Shown in pieces: positions 1 to 8,552 of a stretch of 32,437 nt of DNA; within the stretch, counting starts at the first letter, position 1, and every line of letters begins with the position of its first letter. A model generated the notes under the pieces. It saw only the letters and a list, made by a program, of their open reading frames with translations, did not search any database and was not told where the DNA came from. The stretch lies in NCBI GenBank assembly GCA_963824995.1, contig CAWGRK010000010.1, positions 334,081-366,517 of the forward strand. Direction: 5' to 3'. This DNA is from an uncultured Actinomycetes bacterium (GTDB taxonomy: Bacteria > Actinomycetota > Acidimicrobiia > Spongiisociales > DATADW01). A program made the position numbers and the translations under genes.

Positions 1-1004
1 CCGGACGGCCGGCGTTGACCTGGCCGGAGCCGACCGCCATGTCGATGCGATAGCGGACCTGGTCACGGCAACCTGGGGTGCCAACGTGATCGGACGGTTC
101 GGCGGCTTCGCCGGGGGCGTGGCGCTCCCCCCCGGGTACCGGAACCCGGTGCTGATGCTGACCACCGACGGAGTGGGCACAAAGCTCGACCTGGCGCGGC
201 GAACGGGTCGCTGGGACGGGGTTGGGCACGACCTGGTCGCCATGTGCGTAGACGACCTCGCCGCGGTGGCCGCCGCACCACTCGGGATGGTCGACTACAT
301 GGCGGTGGGCCGGCTCGATGCAGAGCGGGACCGCGCCGTTGTCGCGTCGGTGGCGGCCGGGTGTGCCATCGCAGCAGTGCCGCTGCTCGGCGGCGAGACC
401 GCTGAGCATCCCGGGGTGATGCCGCCCGACCAGGTCGATCTCGCCGGGGCGGCTCTCGGCGTGGTGGAGCGGGACGGTCGGATAGACGGATCCGACATCC
501 GGCCCGGTGACATTGGTCATCGGCCTCGCCAGCCCCAACCTGCGGAGCAACGGCTTTTCGCTGGTGCGGGCCATCCTCGGCGATCACAGCCTGGATGAGC
601 GCTTCCCGGACGACGAGCGCACCTGGGGAGAGGTCCTCCTCGAGCCGTCGGTCATCTACTCGCCGGCCGTCATCGAGGCGGCCGCGTCCGGCGGTATCCA
701 CGGTTTGGCCCACGTCACAGGCGGCGGCATCGCCGGCAACTTGGAGCGGGTCCTCCCAGAGGGGAACCGGGCCGTGATCAATGTGGCCGCCTGGGAAGTG
801 CCCGGTGTTTTTCGGATCCTGCAGACGATGGGGACCATCCCCGATGACGAGATGCGCTCGACCTTCAACATGGGCCTCGGCTTCCTGGCTGTGGTCGACC
901 CGACGGCCGTGGAGCGAGTTACCGCGACATTCGCTCGTTTCGACCACACCACCTGGTTGGTAGGAGAGGTACTCGAAGGAGAACGCGGTGTCGAATACAG
1001 CTAG
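1..1004 (+). CDS. purM: Phosphoribosylformylglycinamidine cyclo-ligase (AIR synthase), 5'-partial, +1 frameshift near 510
   Basis: Frame from position 2 reads RTAGVDLAGAD...GGFAG...TDGVGTK...DLVAMCVDD...GGETAEHPG. It continues in ORF 507..1004 as VIGLASPNLRSNGFSL...AHVTGGG...EMRSTFNMGLG. Confidence 0.95.
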
Positions 1005-1035
1005 ATAGCCAACAGCTCTCGCACCGGAAGCTCGG

Positions 1036-1070
1036 CCGTCTTCCGTCATCCGTCTTCCGTCTTCCATCTC
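1036..1070 (+). repeat. 7-bp tandem repeat (CCGTCTT)x5, degenerate
   Basis: ccgtctt ccgtcat ccgtctt ccgtctt ccatctc, between purM and the aminotransferase gene. Confidence 0.85.
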
Positions 1071-1091
1071 TTTCCGCGTACCATGCCGGCC

Positions 1092-2420
1092 ATGTCCGAC
1101 CTCATCTCCCGTCACGACGCCGCCGTGGCCCCGGTTCTCTCCTTCGACACCGACGTGGTTGTCGACCGCGCCGAAGGCCTCTGGGTTTACGACCACGAAG
1201 GCAACCGGTGGGCCGACTTCGCCTGTGGCACCGCGGTCACCAACCTGGGACACAACCACCCCAAGGTGGTCGCCGCCGCCATGGAGCAGATGGGACGGGT
1301 GGTCCACTCGGGATGCGTCTTCCGCTACGAGTCGATCGTGCGGGCGGCCGAGCGATTGGCCGAGATCACTCCGCCCGGCATCGAGATGTTCGGTTTTGCC
1401 AACTCGGGAGCCGAAGCGGTGGAGGCAGCGGTCAAGCTCGCCCGAAAGACATCGGGACGGCAGGCGGTGATCGCCTTCCGGGGTGGGTTCCATGGGAGGA
1501 CGATGGGGTCTGTCTCCTACACGACGTCCAACGCCAAGTACCGCGACGGCTACCACCCGGTACTCGGGTCGGTGCTCGTCTCACCATTCCCTCACCCCTA
1601 TCGCTGGGGTCTCGATGAGGAGCAAGCCACCGATCTCGCTCTCGACGAGTTGCAGCGGATGTTCCGCCACGAGATCTCACCCGGACACGTCGCCTGCTTC
1701 CTCATCGAACCTGTCCAGGGAGAAGGGGGCTACTACCCGGCGCCCGTGCGCTTTCTCCAGGAACTCCGTCGAATCGCCGACGAGCAGGGGATCCTGCTGG
1801 TGTTCGACGAGGTGCAGACCGGGTTTGGCCGTACCGGAGGATGGACGGCCGCCGAGCACTACGGCATCGCCCCGGACGTCATCGCCGTGGGCAAGGGGTT
1901 AGCCAACGGCCTGCCTCTGTCGGCCTACGGCTCGTCGCGGGAGCGGATGAACACGTGGCCGGTGGGATCTCACGGAACCACGTTCGGCGGCAACCCTGTG
2001 GCTTGCGCCGCCGCGGTGGCGGTGATGGAGGTCATGGAAGATCTGCTCCCCCACGCCGCCTCCCTGTCGGCGCGAGCCTTCGAGCGGTTCCGCAAGGCGC
2101 AAGCGACCTATACGACGATCGGTGACGTCAGGGGCCTCGGCCTCATGATCGGAGTCGAACTGGTCAAGAACCGGGAAACGCGTGAGCCCGACCGCGATGC
2201 GATGGACCAGGTTGGCCGGCACGGGCTCGCCAACGAACTGATCCTGATCCCTTGCGGGCCCGACGGGAACATCATCAGGTTCATCCCACCCCTGGTCACG
2301 ACGACGGACGAACTCGACCGTGCGATCGACGTGATCGAGGAAGCTCTCGCCGACTACGAGCTGGGGATCATCGACGACGCCGAGATCCACCTCGCCGAGG
2401 GCAGGGGCAGGACGGCCTGA
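1092..2420 (+). CDS. Class III PLP-dependent aminotransferase (4-aminobutyrate aminotransferase-like)
   Basis: Motifs NSGAEAVE, FHGRT, EPVQGEGG, DEVQTGFGRTG, GKGLANG (PLP Lys) and TFGGNP. Start 1092 chosen because TACCAT (1079-1084) lies 7 nt upstream; 1083 is the alternative. Confidence 0.9.
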   Translation: MSDLISRHDAAVAPVLSFDTDVVVDRAEGLWVYDHEGNRWADFACGTAVTNLGHNHPKVVAAAMEQMGRVVHSGCVFRYESIVRAAERLAEITPPGIEMFGFANSGAEAVEAAVKLARKTSGRQAVIAFRGGFHGRTMGSVSYTTSNAKYRDGYHPVLGSVLVSPFPHPYRWGLDEEQATDLALDELQRMFRHEISPGHVACFLIEPVQGEGGYYPAPVRFLQELRRIADEQGILLVFDEVQTGFGRTGGWTAAEHYGIAPDVIAVGKGLANGLPLSAYGSSRERMNTWPVGSHGTTFGGNPVACAAAVAVMEVMEDLLPHAASLSARAFERFRKAQATYTTIGDVRGLGLMIGVELVKNRETREPDRDAMDQVGRHGLANELILIPCGPDGNIIRFIPPLVTTTDELDRAIDVIEEALADYELGIIDDAEIHLAEGRGRTA

Positions 2421-2427
2421 TCGGGCG

Positions 2428-2456
2428 GGAACCGAGGCGGTCGGACCCCTCGTCAA
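2428..2456 (+). promoter_or_regulatory. Putative ECF-sigma promoter GGAACC-N17-CGTCAA
   Basis: GGAACC 2428-2433 and CGTC 2451-2454, with the lipoprotein ATG at 2464 and no SD sequence. Confidence 0.55.
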
Positions 2457-2463
2457 ACAGGGC

Positions 2464-3327
2464 ATGAAACGACACGCCACAAGCCTCGCCCTCATCTCAC
2501 TGCTGCTCGCCGCCTGCGGGACGACGAGCGGAGCGGCGACCACCGTTGCAGCCACTACCGACACCACCCCCGTCCCGACGACGCTTCCCGCCGCCGAGGA
2601 GGCCGTCCTTGTGGTGGAGGACGTCGGTGGATTCGTCCCCATCGAGTTCGCCCTCGGTCGGGGGCCGCGCTACGTCCTCACAAGTGACGGGCGGCTCATC
2701 TTCCAGGGACCGATGATCGAGATCTTCCCGCAGCCGCTGTGGCCCAACTACCAGGTCCGCCAGCTGACCGATGAAGAACTCGACCTGGTGATGGACTCCA
2801 TCCTCGCGACCGGGATCGACCAGATCACCGACGAAGTGGACGACAATTCGGCCAACATCATCGCCGATGCCTCAACCACGGTGATCACCTATAACGACGA
2901 GCAGGGATCTCACCGCTTCGAGGTCTACGCCCTCGACATCGGTGAGGGGCAGAGCGAGCAGGTGCAGCGGCTCGCCGGACTGGTGCGGGTGCTCGACGGG
3001 GTGGCCAGCGCCGAGGGCGAGGTCACCGAACTCGAGCCGGAGCGCGTCCAGGTGATCGCCCAGGAGGCAGAGCCGACCGGCGACGAGTTCGAGCAGGTGG
3101 TCGAGTTTCCCATCGACGACGACCCTGCCTCATGGGACGACCTCGAGGGACAGCAGGGCATCAAGTGCGCCTCGTTCGAGGGCGAGGACGCCCAAGCACT
3201 GGTCGAAGGGTTCAAGGAAGCCAACGCGGCGACGCTCTTCGAGGCCGGTGACACCACGTGGCGGGTCTACCCACGGCCTCTCCTCCCCGGCGAGGAGCCG
3301 TGCGTGGTGCCGGCATTCGCCGGCTGA
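2464..3327 (+). CDS. Uncharacterised acidic lipoprotein
   Basis: Signal peptide with lipobox LLLAAC, Thr/Pro-rich linker, acidic globular domain with two Cys. Confidence 0.85.
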   Translation: MKRHATSLALISLLLAACGTTSGAATTVAATTDTTPVPTTLPAAEEAVLVVEDVGGFVPIEFALGRGPRYVLTSDGRLIFQGPMIEIFPQPLWPNYQVRQLTDEELDLVMDSILATGIDQITDEVDDNSANIIADASTTVITYNDEQGSHRFEVYALDIGEGQSEQVQRLAGLVRVLDGVASAEGEVTELEPERVQVIAQEAEPTGDEFEQVVEFPIDDDPASWDDLEGQQGIKCASFEGEDAQALVEGFKEANAATLFEAGDTTWRVYPRPLLPGEEPCVVPAFAG

Positions 3328-3339
3328 TGGCGGGACCGT

Positions 3340-4059
3340 TCAGCGGCCCGATCGGGGCCAGACGAACAAGCCCCTGACCGTCTCTCCGGTGGACTGCAAC
3401 GGTGTCAGACGGTGGCCCGGCTGGCCGGTGTGCAGCGTGATGGTGGGTGACTCACCAGGGTGGTTTGGGTCGTAGAGACTCAGTATCAGCCGCCCATCGC
3501 CGAGATCCTCGTACCCGGTGACAACGACCTGGTGGTTTGCCCCCGGGTCGGAGGCACCCGAAGTGCGGATGAGGCAGATCGATTCGGGTCGGCCGGAATC
3601 GAGCGTGGCGCGGAGTCGGGGAAGCTCCAGCTTCTCGGTGAGGGCACCGAGGCTGTCGCGCCAGAACAACCACCAACGGTCATGATCGTGGAGCGCCTGC
3701 GCCCCTAGGCAGCGGACCACCAAATCGGTCTCGGCGAGCGAGTCGGCCTGCCGCGCGACCAGTCGCTCGAAGAGGTCGGTGCCGGGAACCGGTGGCTGGG
3801 GATCCTCCTCGGGTGTCTCGTCAGCATCGAACCGGTCGAGAGCCAGCCACGACATCCCCCCGCACAGCCCGAAACCGTCCCAGAACCTCGTCCCACCGAG
3901 GAGGCCAAGCGCCTGTTGCACGAGATGGGGAACACCGATCCCAGTGACCTCGGCGAGCCTGCGGGTGCGCCCCAGTTCGGATAGCACCGCCGACCCCATG
4001 AAGCGATTGGTGAAACGGAACCCGTGAATTGCCGGTTCGAACCCGGTGACGACCTTCAT
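3340..4059 (-). CDS. Hypothetical protein with a putative papain-like Cys-His-Asp triad
   Basis: Start MKVVTGF at 4059 preceded by GGAGGA. Motifs GLCGGMS, NHQVVVTGY and LYDPNHP. Confidence 0.7.
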   Translation of the reverse strand: MKVVTGFEPAIHGFRFTNRFMGSAVLSELGRTRRLAEVTGIGVPHLVQQALGLLGGTRFWDGFGLCGGMSWLALDRFDADETPEEDPQPPVPGTDLFERLVARQADSLAETDLVVRCLGAQALHDHDRWWLFWRDSLGALTEKLELPRLRATLDSGRPESICLIRTSGASDPGANHQVVVTGYEDLGDGRLILSLYDPNHPGESPTITLHTGQPGHRLTPLQSTGETVRGLFVWPRSGR

Positions 4060-4132
4060 GTCCTCCCGCCCGTCGGGGCCGAGGCTACGCCGCCGTTGTT
4101 CCGTGGGCTCGAAATGCTGCCCTGCAACACTC

Positions 4133-4208
4133 CGAACCCAGGGTTCGCAGAACGCGAGCAACCCAGGGTTCGAGCTGCGCCTCTACGACGCTTCGAACCC
4201 TGGGTTGC
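4133..4208. repeat. Three AACCCWGGGTT palindromes; copies 2 and 3 form a 16-bp inverted repeat (REP-like or terminator)
   Basis: cgaacccagggttcg 4133-4147; gcaacccagggttcga 4158-4173; tcgaaccctgggttgc 4193-4208. Confidence 0.8.
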
Positions 4209-4218
4209 GTGGGTTTCT

Positions 4219-6375
4219 TCAGCCGGGGTAGATCTCCCCACCGCCGAGGGCGCGGTGGAGGAAGGCTGCCATCTGGCCCCTGGTGACAGGGTCGTTGGGG
4301 CAGAACTGGGTGTCGGTGCAACCTTGGGTGACTCCCGCCTCGGCCAACTTCTCGATCTCGTCCTCGAAGGTCGAGCCGTTGTCGTCGGTGAAGCGGTCGC
4401 CCGGCGGGTTGTAGTCATAGTCCATCGCCCTCACCAGGAAGGCGGCCATCTGGCCCCTGGTCACCGAGGCGTCCGGGCAGAACAAGCCGTCGGCGCACCC
4501 GAGGGTGACTCCGGCCTGCGCCAGGATCTCGATCTCGTCCTCGAAGGTCGAGCCGTTGTCGTCCCGGAAGGTGTCGCCACTGGTGTCGCCGGTGAGGTCA
4601 AGACCTCGCACCAGGAAGGCGGCCATCTGGCCCCTGGTCACGCTGGCAGATGGACAGAAGTGGAAGTCGTCACAACCCAGCGTGATACCGGTGTTGCGAA
4701 GCCAGAGGATGTCGCCGTAGAAGGTCGAGCCGGAGATGTCGGAGAAGATCGGCTGGAGAGTTCCGTTCTTCCCGGTCTCGGCGCCGTTGACCGTCACCTT
4801 GGTGGCATCGGCCTCGCGGTAGAGCGGGGCGCTGGTGTACCAGTCGGCGAAGTACGAGGCTGACCCGTTGGCGAACAACACCAGGTAGGTGCCATCGTCG
4901 AGACCGCTCACCTTGTATGTGCCGCTGCTCGAGGTGGTGGTGCTCTTCACCAGGCTGCCGGCAGAGTTGCCGCTGGCGGCCTTGTAGACCTGCACCTTGG
5001 CGCCGGACGCAGCGCTACCGGTGATGCCGGTGACGGTGCCCGCAATCGAGCCCTTGCCACCACCGCTGCCGCCGCCGCCATCGTCATCGTTTTTCTTCTG
5101 CATCGAAGCGTTGATCTTCGACTTGATCGCACCGCGGCTCACGGTGACATCGGTAGCGCTGGCACGGACGGTCACGCCCTTGTACCACTCGGTCGTGTAC
5201 CCCGACTTGGTGAAACTGATGTCGTAGGTGCCGGCCTGGATGTTGTCCAGCTTGTACTTGCCGTTGCCACTGGTCTTGATCGACTTGACCACGTCCTGAC
5301 CCTGGTAGGCCCGCACCTTGACCCCGGATAGGGATCCGCCGCCGGATTGCTTGGTCACCTTGCCCTTGATGTCACCGATCGGGGTGACGACGGGGTTGAA
5401 CCCGCCGGCGGGACCGCCGGTACTGAGGTCGACCAACTCGGCGTTGTCGCGGCCGCTGGCGTCCTGCCACCACTCGGTCTTCCAGCGCGGCTGCCCATCT
5501 GTGCAGTCCGAGATCCGCATCTCGTAGTTCTGGGGGTCCAATCCGGTGATCACGAAGACACCGCTGCCGTTGGCCGTGTCGGAGTCGATCTTCGAGCCTC
5601 CGACGCTGTAGACCGTGACGCAGGCGCCGTTGGCGACATTGCCGGTCAGTTCCTCGGTCACAGTCCCGGTGAGGGTGAAGCCCTCGCCCAACTGGGCGTC
5701 GATCCCGGTCACTTCGCCGCCGGCGGTGACGGTGACGGTGTCGGCCGCTTGGCCGGTTAGCTTGTTGTCGTACCACTCCGGACCGAAATCGAAGGGAGCG
5801 GTGCAGTCGTGGAAGCGGAGCACGACCGCCCCCGCGGCGACGGTGGCAACGGTGTAGATGCCGTCTTGGTTGGTCTTGTCAAAACCCTTGAGCCGGAGTT
5901 GCTGGTCGTAGACGCTCACGCAAATCTGGGCCACCGGGTCGCCGTTGCTGCTGGTGACCATGCCCTCGATCCGCCCGCCTTTGGCCAGAACGAAGTTGAT
6001 ACCGCCCTGCGCCTCGCCGTCGCCGACGTTCACAATCGTGGCCGAGGCCTGATTCTGGACGTTGTCGTAGAACTCGCTCACCCAGTCGTTGCCGGGACTC
6101 GAGCCCACGTCGAGGTCGCGAGCCCGGACCTTGTAGTCACCTGGAACCACGTCCGTGATCGTGTAGACACCCGAGGCATTCGTTAGGGCGGTCTTGCCGA
6201 GCGGAGTACCGGATGTGTTGGTCAACTCGACAGTGATGTTGGCCAGATTCCCGCTCCCGGAGCCAGTCACGGTTCCGCTGACGGAGCCGTTCGCCGCCAT
6301 CGCCGGCGATGCTCCTACGAGGACGGTGCTGAACAGCAAGGTCAGCGCTAGAACAGCCCTAATGACAGATTTCAT
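4219..6375 (-). CDS. Secreted cell-surface protein: carboxypeptidase-regulatory-like (prealbumin-fold) repeats plus three C-terminal SLH domains
   Basis: Signal peptide ending ASPAMA. About five G-x-I-x-G-x-V-T...G-x-Y...EWY repeats, a Gly-rich linker, and three repeats of F-x-D...GVTxGC...FCP...VTRGQMAAFL. Confidence 0.88.
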   Translation of the reverse strand: MKSVIRAVLALTLLFSTVLVGASPAMAANGSVSGTVTGSGSGNLANITVELTNTSGTPLGKTALTNASGVYTITDVVPGDYKVRARDLDVGSSPGNDWVSEFYDNVQNQASATIVNVGDGEAQGGINFVLAKGGRIEGMVTSSNGDPVAQICVSVYDQQLRLKGFDKTNQDGIYTVATVAAGAVVLRFHDCTAPFDFGPEWYDNKLTGQAADTVTVTAGGEVTGIDAQLGEGFTLTGTVTEELTGNVANGACVTVYSVGGSKIDSDTANGSGVFVITGLDPQNYEMRISDCTDGQPRWKTEWWQDASGRDNAELVDLSTGGPAGGFNPVVTPIGDIKGKVTKQSGGGSLSGVKVRAYQGQDVVKSIKTSGNGKYKLDNIQAGTYDISFTKSGYTTEWYKGVTVRASATDVTVSRGAIKSKINASMQKKNDDDGGGGSGGGKGSIAGTVTGITGSAASGAKVQVYKAASGNSAGSLVKSTTTSSSGTYKVSGLDDGTYLVLFANGSASYFADWYTSAPLYREADATKVTVNGAETGKNGTLQPIFSDISGSTFYGDILWLRNTGITLGCDDFHFCPSASVTRGQMAAFLVRGLDLTGDTSGDTFRDDNGSTFEDEIEILAQAGVTLGCADGLFCPDASVTRGQMAAFLVRAMDYDYNPPGDRFTDDNGSTFEDEIEKLAEAGVTQGCTDTQFCPNDPVTRGQMAAFLHRALGGGEIYPG

Positions 6376-6420
6376 CGGTGAATAACCCTCCAGCCCCCCT
6401 GGCCTACAAGCGACCTTGAA

Positions 6421-6448
6421 TCATCGGCAGGCGGACGCCCTGCCTTGA
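6421..6448 (-). promoter_or_regulatory. Putative sigma-28 family (FliA/WhiG-type) promoter TCAA-N16-GCCGATGA
   Basis: Minus strand reads tcaa-ggcagggcgtccgcct-gccgatga, 45 nt upstream of the SLH gene ATG. Confidence 0.6.
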
Positions 6449-6486
6449 CCGCGTACAAACCGTAGGCGCGCACGGGAGCCTTCTGC

Positions 6487-8437
6487 TCACTCCTCGGTTG
6501 GGACGCTGGTGGCCGTGGCGGCGATCTCCTCCACGATGTCGGCGTTGGCGAGAGTGGTCACATCGCCCAATTGACGATGCTCGGAGATGTCACGGAGCAA
6601 TCGCCGCATGATCTTGCCCGACCTGGTCTTGGGCAGGTCATTGGTGAAGACGATGCTGCGCGGCTTGGCGATTGGCCCGATGGTGTGCGCTACGTGGTCA
6701 CGCAACTCCGTGAGCAGCTTCTCGTCCCCATGGACACCACCTCGCAGGGTGACGAAGGCGGCGATGGCCTGGCCGGTCACCGCGTCCTTACGGCCAACCA
6801 CCGCAGCCTCGGCCACGGCGGGGTGCGACACCAGGGCCGACTCCACCTCGGTTGTCGAGATGTTGTGCCCGGATACGAGCATGACGTCGTCCACCCGCCC
6901 CAGCAGCCAGAAGTAGCCGTCCTCGTCACGCTTGCACCCGTCGCCGGGAAAGTAACGGTCGGGAAAGCGCGACCAATAGGTCTGCACATACCGGTCGGGA
7001 TCGCCGTAGATGGTGCGCGCCATCGCCGGCCAGGGCCGTGTCAGCACGAGATACCCGCCACCGCCGAGTGGCTACCGAGTTACCGTCCTCGTCAACGACA
7101 TCCGCCTCGACCCCGGGGAAGGGAAGGGTGGCGGACCCGGGTTTGGTGGCGGTTATCCCGGGGAGCGGGGTGATCATGATCATCCCGGTCTCGGTCTGCC
7201 ACCAGGTGTCCACCACCGGGCAGCGACCTCCCCCGATCACCTGGCGGTACCACATCCACGCCTCGGGGTTGATCGGCTCGCCGACGCTCCCGAGGAGCCG
7301 CAGGCTGGAGAGGTCGTGCTTCCCTGGGTACTGGTCGCCCCACTTCATGAAGGAGCGGATGGCGGTCGGGGCCGTGTACAGGATGGTGACCCCGTAGTCC
7401 TCGATGATCTGCCAGAGACGGTCGAAGTCGGGGTGGTTGGGCGCACCCTCGTAGATCACACCTGTAGCCCCGTTGCACAGCGGGCCGTAGACGATGTAGC
7501 TGTGCCCGGTGACCCAGCCGATGTCGGCAGCGCACCAATAGACATCGTCGGGCTTGAGGTCGAACACGTAGTGGTGGGTGGCGGCAACGCCGACCAGATA
7601 GCCGCCCTGGGTGTGGACGATCCCCTTGGGCTTCGCGGTCGTTCCCGACGTGTAGAGGATGTAGAGCATGTCCTCGGCGTCGAGCTCGACCGGATCGAAG
7701 GTGTCCGGCTGATCGGCCACGAGGTCGTCCCACCAGAGGTCGCGGCCTTCCTTCATGGCGATCTCGATTCCGACCCGGCGCAGCACCACGACGTGTTCGA
7801 TCGACGGAGTCCTGGCCACTGCGACATCTGCGTTGACTTTCAGCGGGACGACGTTCCCGCCGCGCCAGGCGCCGTCCTGGGTGACGAGCACCTTGGCCTG
7901 GCCGTCATCGATGCGATCGGCTAGCGCGTCCGAAGAGAACCCCCCGAACACCACGGAGTGAACCGCACCGATCCGGGCACAAGCCAGCATCGCCACCGGC
8001 AACTCCGGGACCATCCCCATGTAGACGGCCACCCGGTCTCCTCGCTCCACCCCGAGCGATGTGAGGACATTGGCGAAGCGGCACACCTCGCGGTGCAGCT
8101 CCCGGTAGGTGACGTCTCGCTTATCACCTGGCTCCCCTACCCAGTGGTAGGCGACCTTGTCCCCGCCATCCTCCAGGTGCCGGTCGAGACAGTTGTATGA
8201 GAGGTTGATGGTCCCATCGATGAACCAGCGATAGAAGGGCGCCTCCGAGTCGTCGAGAGCCACCGTCGGCTCCTTGAACCAACTGACCCGCTCGTGGGCG
8301 TTCCGAAGCCAGAAACCGGCGAAGTCCCGCTCCGCTTCATCGTGGATACCGGGCTGAGCGTTGGCGACGGCAGCGAATTCGGGCGGCGGCGGAAAGCTCC
8401 TCTCCTCGCGCAGCAGGTTTTCGATCGCTTCGGTCAT
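6487..8437 (-). CDS. acs: Acetyl-CoA synthetase, +1 frameshift near 7072
   Basis: [43 protein letters not shown]; second frame has GRVDD and [14 protein letters not shown]. Removing one base restores ...[18 protein letters not shown]. Confidence 0.95.
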
Positions 8438-8476
8438 CGCTCTCTCCTCCAACCGACTGTCAGCGGGGCAAACTTA

Positions 8477-8535
8477 GACGGACGACGGAAGACGGAAGTC
8501 GGCTCCTCTCCTTGGAGGGAGGGCTGGGGGAGGAT
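8477..8535 (-). repeat. REP-like C-rich/G-rich element followed by 7-bp tandem repeats (TTCCGTC type)
   Basis: Minus strand atcctcccccagccctccctccaaggagaggag (8535-8503), then four heptamers that read gacggac gacggaa gacggaa gtcggct on the plus strand (8477-8504). Confidence 0.6.
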
Positions 8536-8552
8536 GATCCGCCTCGCCGGCG

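Noticed and set aside
63..1556. Long antisense or overlapping ORFs (63..1556, 8811..10121, 11068..12441, 16812..17864, 26737..27669, 30237..31730 and others)
   Set aside because: Shadow frames of well-supported genes in high-GC DNA, with no recognisable motifs.
4133..4208. Possible mini-CRISPR array
   Set aside because: Repeats are only 11-16 bp, partly inverted and irregularly spaced, with no cas genes in the window.
7060..7085. Programmed ribosomal frameshifting in acs and the other split genes
   Set aside because: No slippery heptamer or shared context, and these families are not known to be recoded; sequence error is simpler.
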